The position numbers and the translations under genes are program-made. Shown piece after piece: positions 1 to 7,905 of a DNA stretch of 13,491 bases. Under the pieces are notes generated by a model. That model did not search any database, had not been told where the DNA came from, and saw only the letters and a program-made list of their open reading frames with translations. Source of the DNA: a bacterium (GTDB taxonomy: Bacteria > RBG-13-61-14 > DATKZS01); contig JAWOBU010000118.1 of the NCBI GenBank assembly GCA_046484135.1, forward strand, positions 1 through 13,491. Reading direction: 5' to 3'. The stretch's first letter is position 1, and every line of letters begins with the position of its first letter.

Positions 1-221
1 CATTAATTAGAAATGTAACACGTACGGGAAGAAAAACAAATACAGCAAGGCCGGTAGGGGCGATTTCAACTACGGGTTTTTTTCTGCCCATTTTCAAACG
101 CAGGCTCGCAGTTCCCATCCTGCGTCGCCCACCTGCACTTCCTCGCCTCAATCGTTCGATCACGAGGTACTCGCGCCCGCGCGGCGGCAAATGGGGAATC
201 TCTACGAAAGCCCTTCAAAAC

Positions 222-249
222 TTGACATAGCGGCAGACGGGCTTACACT
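222..249 (+). promoter_or_regulatory. Putative sigma70 promoter for the PAS-domain ORF
   Basis: TTGACA (222-227), 16-nt spacer, TACACT (244-249); about 20 nt upstream of the ATG at 271. Confidence 0.55.
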
Positions 250-270
250 TATAGGGTATATTTTCATAAA

Positions 271-546
271 ATGATGGTTTCCGATACTTCTGTGACAGGC
301 AATTTAGTACTCGACAACGCAGGAATGATTATTGACACCGATCCTGCAGTTGCCGGCCTGTTTGGCTATAAGACTGAAGAGCTTGTCGGGAAGCCGTTCT
401 ACTCTCACCTGACCGATACCTGCCGCATTTCCTTTTCAAACGTGAGGCAGGCCGCCAGAAAGGCTCCGAAGGAGAACCCCACAAACCCCATGCTCTGGGG
501 CCGCGGGTTTGAAGTAAGGGGCAACAAGTCAAACACCACGAAATGA
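271..546 (+). pseudogene. PAS-domain protein fragment, probably 3'-truncated
   Basis: The first ~50 aa read as a PAS N-terminal half (NLVLDNAGMIIDTDPAVAGLFGYKTEELVGKPFYSHL). The resemblance is lost near 410-440, where the ORF runs antisense into the hydrolase-like ORF. Confidence 0.55.
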
Positions 547-903
547 AGAAACTCTTTGCGCAACTTTCCGCTGGCCTGCGATTCACTTACCGGCGGCGGT
601 ATTATCAAAAGGTCGGCGGAGCTCATCTTTTGTTCGGCAACAGCCTTGTCAAACTCGTAAACGATGGCGTCAGGGGTGGTGTCCCGCCGGGAGGTATACT
701 CCTCTTCCGTGACAGCCCCGCCTATGTAGATTATAAAAAAAACCTCTTGGCCCGTTTCTTCGCCGTAATGAAAGTAATCAGCGAACACGGGTTTATTAAA
801 CCGGCTCTCCGATATCGAAAGCTTTTGATGATCTTTCACGGTTTTGAAATTCCGCATAAAGCAGGAGGTTTCCCTGCCCGGTTTTCAAAGACCTGATAAT
901 CAT
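405..903 (-). pseudogene. Esterase-like alpha/beta-hydrolase fragment, probably frameshifted and truncated
   Basis: ORF 405-857 has EFLHFVVFDLLP...MGFVGFSFGAFLA, a GxSxG nucleophile elbow in a Fes/IroE-like context, but stops about 20 aa later with no room for the acid and His of the triad. The ATG at 857 lacks an SD. The ATG at 903 (AGGGA upstream) opens a 35-aa ORF (903-796) that is one base out of frame with it. Confidence 0.45.
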
Positions 904-969
904 GTTTTCCCTGCACCTGCCGCTCCAATTCCTTCCAGGCTTGGTTTCCTTTTTCGTCTTTGTCCATGC

Positions 970-999
970 AGTGTACCATTATCTGCTGATTTTTATCAA
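970..999 (-). promoter_or_regulatory. Putative sigma70 promoter upstream of the hydrolase-like gene
   Basis: Minus strand reads TTGATA-N18-TACACT with an extended -10 TG (TGGTACACT). Confidence 0.4.
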
Positions 1000-1050
1000 G
1001 AAAAGAGCCGGGTTGGCGATGTAACTATTTGTGTGTCAGGTATGTGGGTA

Positions 1051-1138
1051 GCGGAATCCGCGCGTTTGTCAAGGAGCATGCCCGCCGTAGGCGGCGGCCG
1101 AGAGGGCCGTCCTTGAAAAACGCTTAAGCGGATTCCGC
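1051..1138. repeat. Long imperfect inverted repeat with two apical hairpins (REP/MITE-like)
   Basis: GCGGAATCCGC-GCGTTTGTCAAGGA (1051-1075) pairs with TCCTTGAAAAACGC-[TTAA]-GCGGATTCCGC (1110-1138), with one mismatch and a 4-nt bulge. The loop holds CCGCC-GTA-GGCGG and CGGCC-GAGAG-GGCCG. Confidence 0.7.
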
Positions 1139-1202
1139 GATGGGGACAAGGGGATGGCGATGTGCAAGTAAAAGAGAGCCACCGCAGCAGACTCTTGTAC
1201 AC

Positions 1203-1226
1203 TTGAACGGATATTTGAACGGATAT
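1203..1226. repeat. 12-bp tandem duplication overlapping the IS left end
   Basis: TTGAACGGATAT at 1203-1214 and again at 1215-1226. Confidence 0.85.
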
Positions 1227-1327
1227 TCCCTCCCCTGATTTGAATAACCTGTCGAAAAAGCTGAAAAAGTTCGGTTTTTGCCTGAAAACGGTAGCCAGTG
1301 AAATGTTGACTTTTATGCATTTTTCTC

Positions 1328-1356
1328 TTGACAAACAAAGGGCCGTGTGTTATTAT
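1328..1356 (+). promoter_or_regulatory. Transposase promoter (near-leaderless)
   Basis: TTGACA (1328-1333), 17-nt spacer, TATTAT (1351-1356) with TG at 1348-1349. The ATG follows only 9 nt after the -10 box. Confidence 0.75.
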
Positions 1357-1365
1357 AGGTAGCCA

Positions 1366-2256
1366 ATGTACGTGGAGAGAATCAATAACAGGCGCGGGAA
1401 CAAGGTCTACCGGCAGGTGCTGCTCCGGGAGTCTTACCGCGAGCCGGGCGCGCCCAGGTCGAGGGTCAAGCACCGGACTCTCCTCAACCTGACCAAATAC
1501 GACCCCAAGGACATCGCCGCCATCGAGATGGCGCTTAAGCATAAAAATGATCTCAAAAAGCTCAAAGAGGCGTCCCAGGCAAAGGTGGAAGTCAAGCAGG
1601 AGCGGTCGGTTGGCGCGGTGTGGGCCTTGTGGCGCGTGGCGCAGCGCACCGGCCTGGCTTCGGCGCTGGGCGGCTCGCAGGAGGGCCGGCGGGTTTTGTG
1701 GCAGGTTTTCGCGCGGCTCATAAACCAGGGCTCTCGCCTGTCCGCTGTCCGGCTGGTAAAGGAGCACGCCGCCTGCGAAGTCCTCGGGCTGGAGAGCTTC
1801 AACGAGGACCGGCTTTACGAATCGCTTGACTGGCTTGACGCGCGCCAATCGAAGATCGAAGACAAGCTTTTTAAGAAACGCGAGAACGATGATGCCAACT
1901 CTCAGCTTTTCCTTTACGATGTTACCAGCAGTTACCTGGAGGGCACTGAGAACGATTACGCGGCTTACGGCTACAACTTTATCGTGATGCTTGCTTATCT
2001 GTTGCGGCGCGAGCTTGCGCATGCCTGGCGCGAGTTTGATGTTACGGTGGAGGAAGGGCTGTCGCTGCTCGGTACCTTATGCGCGCAAGAAGTCCGGATC
2101 GGCGGCGAAGCCGGCTGCCTCTCGGTGCCCGAACCCAGACCAAGCCTCGCGCGCCTGTTCGACGCCCTCAACATCAAACCACCAACCACACTCCCCCGAA
2201 GCCAAGCTCATGTAGCCACCAAACGCAACCTCCCCTCCCGCCGCAAAACCACCTGA
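1366..2256 (+). pseudogene. tnp: IS1634-family transposase with an in-frame internal deletion (296 aa)
   Basis: The N-terminus MYVERI...YRQVLLRESYRE..VKHRTLLNLT and the motif LFLYDVTSSYLEG...AAYGYN are typical of IS1634. GYN is joined directly to the C-terminal block FIVMLAYLLRREL at 1977/1978, so the segment carrying the second Asp and the Glu is missing. Confidence 0.85.
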
Positions 2257-2391
2257 AATCATTCGCATAACCGGCAATGACCGTTGTGGCCAATTGAGGG
2301 AACATCCGTTACAATGCTCCGGCCGTAAATTTTCCGCCGACGGCTGATCGTTTCTCGGAATTCCCATGGTGGTGATCCTGACATACCCATA

Positions 2392-5007
2392 TCAGTCATC
2401 AATATAACATACTGCTCCAAGGCTGCGCGGGTCGGCCACCACTCGGGCTTTCTGCCCTCCGGTGGCCGCCGGGACCTCGATAACTTTGATGAACTTCTCG
2501 AACTCGGCGGCATCAGGAAGGATTATGTGGAGAGAGTTGGGGGCCGAATTAAAGAACTCTTTATTGAGTTCTACTTCGGGATCGTCGGGGAACACGGGCA
2601 GGTATATGATCTGCGCCTCCACCAGGTCCTGGAAGAAATGGGTGCCGTAAGACAGGTCCGGGACCTGGCCGGCTTCCTTGCGGGCGACCTCGACCAGCAC
2701 CGACGCGTTATTAATATCCGCGTAGGTCGTGTTTATTCCCAGCTCGATGTTTGAGCTTCCCCATCTTCCCGGCCCCATCATTATCATTTTTTCCCCGGCG
2801 AGTTGCGGGTGACGATTTAAGCGTCCCACCAGTCTGCCCATGGATTTTTTCTCCTGGATCGAGGCTTTCTCGGAGTAAGACTCCGGGCTTATATAGATTA
2901 TGTATTTTATGTCGCTGACCACTCCTCCGAATATGGTCCGGCTGGCCCTGAACAGGACGCGCCGTGGGGGTATGTTATCAGGGACCTCGACCTCTCCCGC
3001 CGTCCCCGGCAGCTTCATGGGCCGGCATTGCAAGAGGTTGATTCTTATCATGCCGTCAGGGTCAACAACAGCCGTGAACTCGGTGTCCACGGGATATTCG
3101 TAGGCCGCCTCCAGTTTGGCAAGCAGCTCCTTTATGATGTTTATGAACCCGGTCTTTCCGATAAGGTTATTGAAGGTCAGGACGACTTTGCTTGGGTTCT
3201 TGATGGCTTCCCCCCCGGGGTCCTTTACGAACCCCTCTTCCATCACGGATGCAAACAGACTGAGGGCAGGATAGTCGGAGCTTTCCAGCACGTCGGTCAA
3301 TGACTTGACGGTGAACCTGTTTTCCCGCAGGTCGAGCAGGTCAACCTGCCTCTGGGAATAGACGGCTATCCTGTCGCCCACCTCGGGCCGAAGATGGGGA
3401 TGACTGACCGCAATCATCCTGGGGTAGTCTGCGCCTTCCCTGTTAACGGCCCTGGTTCCCAGGCCGAAGACGAGCCGTATCATTCCCTGCTCGGGGTCTA
3501 TCCTGTCCGTCCACTGGTAAAGATTGTGCGAGAACGCCACGCCCGCCAGAGGCGGGAAGAAATAATTTTTGTATCGCATTCCCGAGACCCGCTGGACAAG
3601 GATGGCCATCTGTTCATCGGATTCACCCAGCCCTCTCCGGCGGCGGTAGGAAAGGGCGTCCGGGTTCAATGCGCTTGCGTAAACCAGCTTCACCGCCCGG
3701 AGGAACGCTTCCATCCGTTCTTCCGGGCTGCCCTGGTTGGCGCAGAACTCGCTTCGGTACTTGCCTGCAAAGGAGTTGCCGAAGCTGTCCTCTAAAAGAC
3801 TGGATGAACGCACGATAATGGGGGCCTGACCGAAGTACTCGAGAAGGTCCCTGAACTGCTCCATGATCTCATCCGGAAAACGGCCCTGCAGGAATCGTCG
3901 TTCGACCTTTTCATATCCTTCCGGCGAGATATACGAGTCCCTGGTCAGACGCAGGCGCAGGCGGAACAGGTCGTTGTTGACCAGGAAAGTGAAGAACTCG
4001 TCCGAGCCGATGTAAAAAGAGTCGTGCTCCTCCAACACCCTGGAGAAATCAGTCTCGCCGGATTCCTCCAACAGTATCCGTCTCGCCAGCAGCATCCCCG
4101 CGGCCTTGCCCCCTATCCGGCCCGATCCGATCATGCGGTTCCTTATACTAAAAAGGTCGCCCAGGGTCAGGTAAGCGTCTGCCAGCCGGTTGAACTCTTG
4201 ATGATGGCCGATCATCATCCTGGAGAACTCCTGCTTGAGAGCTATGACCTCGGGCGCCTTGTCAGCGGAACTCAGCTCGGTTTCCTCATACTGGAGGAGT
4301 CTGCGATATATACTTTCCCACGGGGCGATCGAGTCCGTCTTCATCCGGAGCGGGTGCTTGCTGGCGGACTGCAACACCGCGGAAGCACGCCCGCTTTGAA
4401 ACAAGGGGCTCAGGACACCTCCCGAGAACACATGGGGCAGGAACATCCGGGATGAGTAACGGTCCCAGACCTTGAGAGGATGTATGTATAGCTCGTCTCC
4501 TACGTGATAAACGTCAATCAGCACCTGGGTAGTGTCCCTGATCCTGGCCACTGCGCCGTGGGAGTGCTGTCCCCGGGTCAAGGCGAAGTAGGCCACCGTG
4601 TCCAGTTCATGCAGATAGGGACAGGTCACCTGGAAGAAGTTGGCCACCAGTTCATCCGTGGCCCAGTCCTCCACCAGGGAGGAGAGGTTGTCGAACACGT
4701 AAAAGGCGCCAATGCCCTCTTTCTCGATAATGCGGTTGACCTGGCCGCTGAAGGAATCGAATCCATGGCCGGGATCAACTTCAATAGTGGTGAACCCTTC
4801 CCCGGGTTCAAGGATAGGGGAGTGGGGAGCGAACCTGATATAGATGAGCTTGTGTCCGTCGGCGATGGCACGGCCGGCGAAAGGCCTGGCAAAAGCGGCG
4901 TAGTTCTCAAGGTTGTCCACCTGCCACACCACGTTGTCCCCGAGGCGGATTCCTCTTAAGACCTCGTCAAGAGAGGGTATGCCAGAGCCTACCGCTTCTT
5001 TCCCCAT
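2392..5007 (-). CDS. PEP/pyruvate-binding (PPDK_N, ATP-grasp) domain protein with an N-terminal degenerate KaiC/RecA-like domain
   Basis: 871 aa. PEP-synthase nucleotide-binding motifs: IGGKAAG, IVRSSSLLED..SFAGKY, MAILVQ, GVAFS, FGLG, DTEF, LLQCRP. The N-terminus SGIPSLDEVL.G...YVFD resembles KaiC/RecA. The C-terminus has PGRWGS and SYGTHFF. GGGAG SD upstream. Confidence 0.9.
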   Translation of the reverse strand: MGKEAVGSGIPSLDEVLRGIRLGDNVVWQVDNLENYAAFARPFAGRAIADGHKLIYIRFAPHSPILEPGEGFTTIEVDPGHGFDSFSGQVNRIIEKEGIGAFYVFDNLSSLVEDWATDELVANFFQVTCPYLHELDTVAYFALTRGQHSHGAVARIRDTTQVLIDVYHVGDELYIHPLKVWDRYSSRMFLPHVFSGGVLSPLFQSGRASAVLQSASKHPLRMKTDSIAPWESIYRRLLQYEETELSSADKAPEVIALKQEFSRMMIGHHQEFNRLADAYLTLGDLFSIRNRMIGSGRIGGKAAGMLLARRILLEESGETDFSRVLEEHDSFYIGSDEFFTFLVNNDLFRLRLRLTRDSYISPEGYEKVERRFLQGRFPDEIMEQFRDLLEYFGQAPIIVRSSSLLEDSFGNSFAGKYRSEFCANQGSPEERMEAFLRAVKLVYASALNPDALSYRRRRGLGESDEQMAILVQRVSGMRYKNYFFPPLAGVAFSHNLYQWTDRIDPEQGMIRLVFGLGTRAVNREGADYPRMIAVSHPHLRPEVGDRIAVYSQRQVDLLDLRENRFTVKSLTDVLESSDYPALSLFASVMEEGFVKDPGGEAIKNPSKVVLTFNNLIGKTGFINIIKELLAKLEAAYEYPVDTEFTAVVDPDGMIRINLLQCRPMKLPGTAGEVEVPDNIPPRRVLFRASRTIFGGVVSDIKYIIYISPESYSEKASIQEKKSMGRLVGRLNRHPQLAGEKMIMMGPGRWGSSNIELGINTTYADINNASVLVEVARKEAGQVPDLSYGTHFFQDLVEAQIIYLPVFPDDPEVELNKEFFNSAPNSLHIILPDAAEFEKFIKVIEVPAATGGQKARVVADPRSLGAVCYIDD

Positions 5008-5115
5008 TTACGAATTTCTCCCTTTCGGAACTATCTTAGCATATTCAAAGAGGAAGCCTTGCCCAGGGCTGCTAACAAACCGGAATGACTAAGAATTACG
5101 ATGAGAAAGATACGT

Positions 5116-6123
5116 CTAATCCAGCGCCTGGATTCTCTCTTCCATCTCCCAGTAGGGGAAAAGCATCTCGTAATCGGCGAAACCTGCCAGTGCCCGCGAG
5201 TGGACTTTAATGGCTGTCTCCTCGATAATGGCCGCGGGATTCAGCCCTCCCATTACTATCATTCCCAGCCGCCCCTCACTCACCGGTATATCCAGGAGGG
5301 GTTGTCCCGGCCATCCGATCATGAAGATATTGCCCAGCCCGATCCTTTCCATCCTGGCGGCCAGGTCCGAGACTCGATCCAGGCTGTCCGAGGGCACCTC
5401 TCTGAACCCCACCCCTATCCGGCCGTTTCCGCTCTTAACAGCCCCCCTGTAGTCGGTCATGCCGCTCCTGATGAATATCTCCAGCGGGTCTATGCTGGTT
5501 CCCTCATAAGTGATTATCTCCACAAATCGCTGGGCCTTCTTGTCCCGCAATTCCAGGAGCCCACCGAAGCGGGAGTGGGTGGGAATCTTGTTTGCCAGCA
5601 GCATGCCGTTCAAGCTCACCGAGCAGACGGTCCCTATGCCCACCATCTTTTCGGGAATGATCATGTCTCCGAACTTGTCCCCCGGCTTCAAAAGCACCAT
5701 CAGATTGCCCATGGAGTAGCCGGCCTCGAACACGCTGGTGATATAAGGGGCGGCATTCTTTAGCTGGGCCCTGTTTATTAGACTTACGTTCAGGATCACC
5801 GAGCCGCGTCTTTTTTGCAGGTCGAAATCCATGTTGTAGGTCATCTGGTCAATTTTCGCAGCCAGGAAACCGACCTTCTCTATGACGTGCGACTCTTCAA
5901 GCTCTTTGAGGCCGAGCCCACTTATCCGACGGCCGCGCTTGCCGGAGAGTTCGGTGAGTCCTTCCCGGTCCATGCCGAGAAGATAATGCCTGACCGTGCG
6001 CTCACTCACCTCATAGCCGGCGGCCTTGAGCTGTTCAGTTATCCTTGAGCTGCCCATTGGCTGGTTTGCCTTATTGAGGATGCGCAATATGGACAGCTTC
6101 TTTTTTTCGGTTTTATCGAGCAT
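5116..6123 (-). CDS. nrpR: NrpR-family transcriptional regulator (winged HTH plus a single NRD/DUF128 domain)
   Basis: HTH ILRIL...PMGSSRI...GYEVSERTVRHYL..MD.EGLT; NRD motifs G.VILNVS, GIGTVCSVSLNG, FGGLLE, YEGTSIDPLEIFI and GGLNP.A...E. Start placed at ATG 6123 (335 aa) rather than TTG 6162. Confidence 0.9.
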   Translation of the reverse strand: MLDKTEKKKLSILRILNKANQPMGSSRITEQLKAAGYEVSERTVRHYLLGMDREGLTELSGKRGRRISGLGLKELEESHVIEKVGFLAAKIDQMTYNMDFDLQKRRGSVILNVSLINRAQLKNAAPYITSVFEAGYSMGNLMVLLKPGDKFGDMIIPEKMVGIGTVCSVSLNGMLLANKIPTHSRFGGLLELRDKKAQRFVEIITYEGTSIDPLEIFIRSGMTDYRGAVKSGNGRIGVGFREVPSDSLDRVSDLAARMERIGLGNIFMIGWPGQPLLDIPVSEGRLGMIVMGGLNPAAIIEETAIKVHSRALAGFADYEMLFPYWEMEERIQALD

Positions 6124-6261
6124 GGATGTCGAACGCTTTCGACTGAGCCAGAGGGTTCTCAAAGACTACGGTTATCATGGCCAATATGAAAACGTCTTTT
6201 TTTGATCAGATGATCCCATGGTCCGGCAACTGAAAAAAGTTACGCCTCGGACCTGATCCAA

Positions 6262-7509
6262 TCAGACCCAGCCTCTCAGCCTCATCGCCTCTACGACCCG
6301 CTCGACCGCTACCACGTAGGCGGCCTGGCGCATGTTTATCTTGTATCGGTTCGAAGTCTCCAGCACCGACTGATAGGCGCTGGTCATTCTCAGGTCCAGC
6401 CGTTCGTGCACATCTTCTTCCTGCCAGTAGTACATGTAAAAGTTCTGCACCATCTCGAAATAAGAGACGGTCACCCCTCCGGCGTTACACAAAAAGTCCG
6501 GTATAACATGGACCCCGTTCTTATACAGGATGTCGTCGGCCTCGGGGGTGGTCGGACCGTTGGCCAGCTCGACTATGATCTTGGCCTTGACCTTGTCGGC
6601 ATTTTTATCGGTGATCACGTTTTCGAGGGCCGCAAGCACGAGCACGTCAACATCCAGCTCCACGATCTCTTCGTTGGATATGCTCTGGCTGTCCTTGCAA
6701 TCTGTTACCGAGGAGGTGTTTGCCTTGTGGTCGCACACTTCTTCAATTGCCAGACCTTCCTTGCACAGGGAGCCGCCCTTGGAGTCACTCACCGCTATGA
6801 TCTTGGTGCCGAACATGTTCTCGGCCAACTGGGCGCAGAAGTTTCCTGCGTTTCCGAATCCCTGGATGGCCATGGTGGCGTTCTTGAGATCAATGCCGAC
6901 CTCGTTGGCGGCCTCCCTGAGAGTGTAGAGCCCTCCCCTGGCGGTGGCGTCGCCCCGGCCGGGCGACCCGCCGAGCTGGAGCGGCTTGCCGGTGATGACT
7001 CCGAACCGGTTTTTACCGGCGATCTTCGAGTATTCGTCCATCATCCAGGCCATGACCTGTGGTGTAGTGTAGACATCCGGCGCGGGCACGTCCCGGTCGG
7101 GACCGATGAAGCTGCCGACTGCCCTTACGTACCCCCGGCTTATCCGCTCCAGTTCTCCGGCGGAGAGCTCCTTGGGGTTGCAAATCACGCCGCCCTTGCC
7201 GCCGCCCAGGGGCAGGTCCACCAGCGCACATTTCCAGGTCATCCAACTGGCCAGGGCCCGGACCGTGTCAATGGTCTCCTCCGGATGGAAACGGAGTCCG
7301 CCCTTGGTCGGCCCGAGGGCGTCGTTGTACTGCACCCTGAACCCCTGGAAGACCTTGACCTTACCGTCGTCCATGCGCACCGGAAAAGACACGTGCAACT
7401 CCCGCATGGGTCTCAAGATCATCGCCCTCTCGGCCTCCGAAAGCTTGACGATGTCGGCGCAGTCGTTTATCTGTTTTTGTGCGATCTCGAACGGGTTCAA
7501 ACTCGCCAT
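6262..7509 (-). CDS. gdhA: Glutamate dehydrogenase (Glu/Leu/Phe/Val dehydrogenase family), 415 aa
   Basis: Motifs GPTKGGLRF, MTWKCA, GGGKGG, DVPAPD, ITGKP..GGS.GR..AT, QGFGNAG, ELANGP and NAGGVTVSYFE. Strong SD AAGGAGG at 7518-7524. Confidence 0.97.
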   Translation of the reverse strand: MASLNPFEIAQKQINDCADIVKLSEAERAMILRPMRELHVSFPVRMDDGKVKVFQGFRVQYNDALGPTKGGLRFHPEETIDTVRALASWMTWKCALVDLPLGGGKGGVICNPKELSAGELERISRGYVRAVGSFIGPDRDVPAPDVYTTPQVMAWMMDEYSKIAGKNRFGVITGKPLQLGGSPGRGDATARGGLYTLREAANEVGIDLKNATMAIQGFGNAGNFCAQLAENMFGTKIIAVSDSKGGSLCKEGLAIEEVCDHKANTSSVTDCKDSQSISNEEIVELDVDVLVLAALENVITDKNADKVKAKIIVELANGPTTPEADDILYKNGVHVIPDFLCNAGGVTVSYFEMVQNFYMYYWQEEDVHERLDLRMTSAYQSVLETSNRYKINMRQAAYVVAVERVVEAMRLRGWV

Positions 7510-7596
7510 GTACTCTTCCTCCTTCTTTAAAATAATTTCACGGCATCCACGGCAGCAGAGCCGGGCCCAAAAGGCGATTATGGATTCCGGGGCGGT

Positions 7597-7905
7597 CTAT
7601 GACCTTCCTTCGCAGATTCTTTTGGCGTGATCCAGGTAATGCTCGAGCCGGCGCATTTTTTCCAGGAACTCCGGCCAGCCGCAGTCGGGTTTGAATCCCT
7701 TCCTGGCATCCGCGGTGATCATTGTGCCGTAAGTGACCGTGCCTTCGAACTCGCTGTAGATGTCCGCCCAAACTTTAAGGGCGTCCTCCAGCATGGACCG
7801 GGTCACGTTCCGGAAATGTCGAAGCTTCTCTTCAGGTGAACAATTCTTCATGATCTCTTCTTCAGAGTCGTTGCCTCGGACCAGTTTAAAGTCCGTTCCC
7901 ATCAT
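7597..7905 (-). CDS. Hypothetical protein, CGWPEF-motif paralog B (102 aa)
   Basis: GGAGGT SD, ATGA overlap with the upstream gene, and clear paralogy with 7902-8252. Confidence 0.85.
   Translation of the reverse strand: MMGTDFKLVRGNDSEEEIMKNCSPEEKLRHFRNVTRSMLEDALKVWADIYSEFEGTVTYGTMITADARKGFKPDCGWPEFLEKMRRLEHYLDHAKRICEGRS

Larger units (their letters stand above)
1218..2310 (+). mobile_element. IS1634-family element, internally deleted (non-autonomous, ~1.1 kb)
   Basis: Terminal IRs AACGGATATTCCCTC (1218-1232) and GAGGGAACATCCGTT (2296-2310) are 14/15 complementary and enclose a promoter and the transposase ORF. The true ends may be 1220 and 2308. No perfect target-site duplication is seen. 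Confidence 0.85.

Noticed and set aside
98..205. Short stems (ACGCAGG/CCTGCGT, CCTCG/CGAGG) as an ncRNA or IS91-like end
   Set aside because: The stems are only 5-7 bp in GC-rich DNA, and I recognise no convincing terminal or RNA-family motif.
405..407. Selenocysteine or readthrough at the TGA ending the hydrolase-like ORF
   Set aside because: An in-frame TAG follows two codons later.
543..1116. Plus-strand ORFs 543-896 and 844-1116
   Set aside because: They have no recognisable domains. The first is antisense to the hydrolase-like ORF and the second runs through a promoter and the palindrome.
2392..5007. Naming the gene ppsA or ppdK
   Set aside because: It lacks the canonical His-swivel motif and the C-terminal pyruvate-binding barrel.
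6215..6258. Imperfect hairpin after gdhA as a terminator
   Set aside because: The stem is bulged, with the U run in the loop rather than 3' of it.
6406..7530. 374-aa antisense ORF over gdhA
   Set aside because: It is a shadow of a GC3-rich gene and has no recognisable motifs. The same applies to the antisense ORFs at 1069-2022, 5101-5763, 8834-9667 and 9975-10940.
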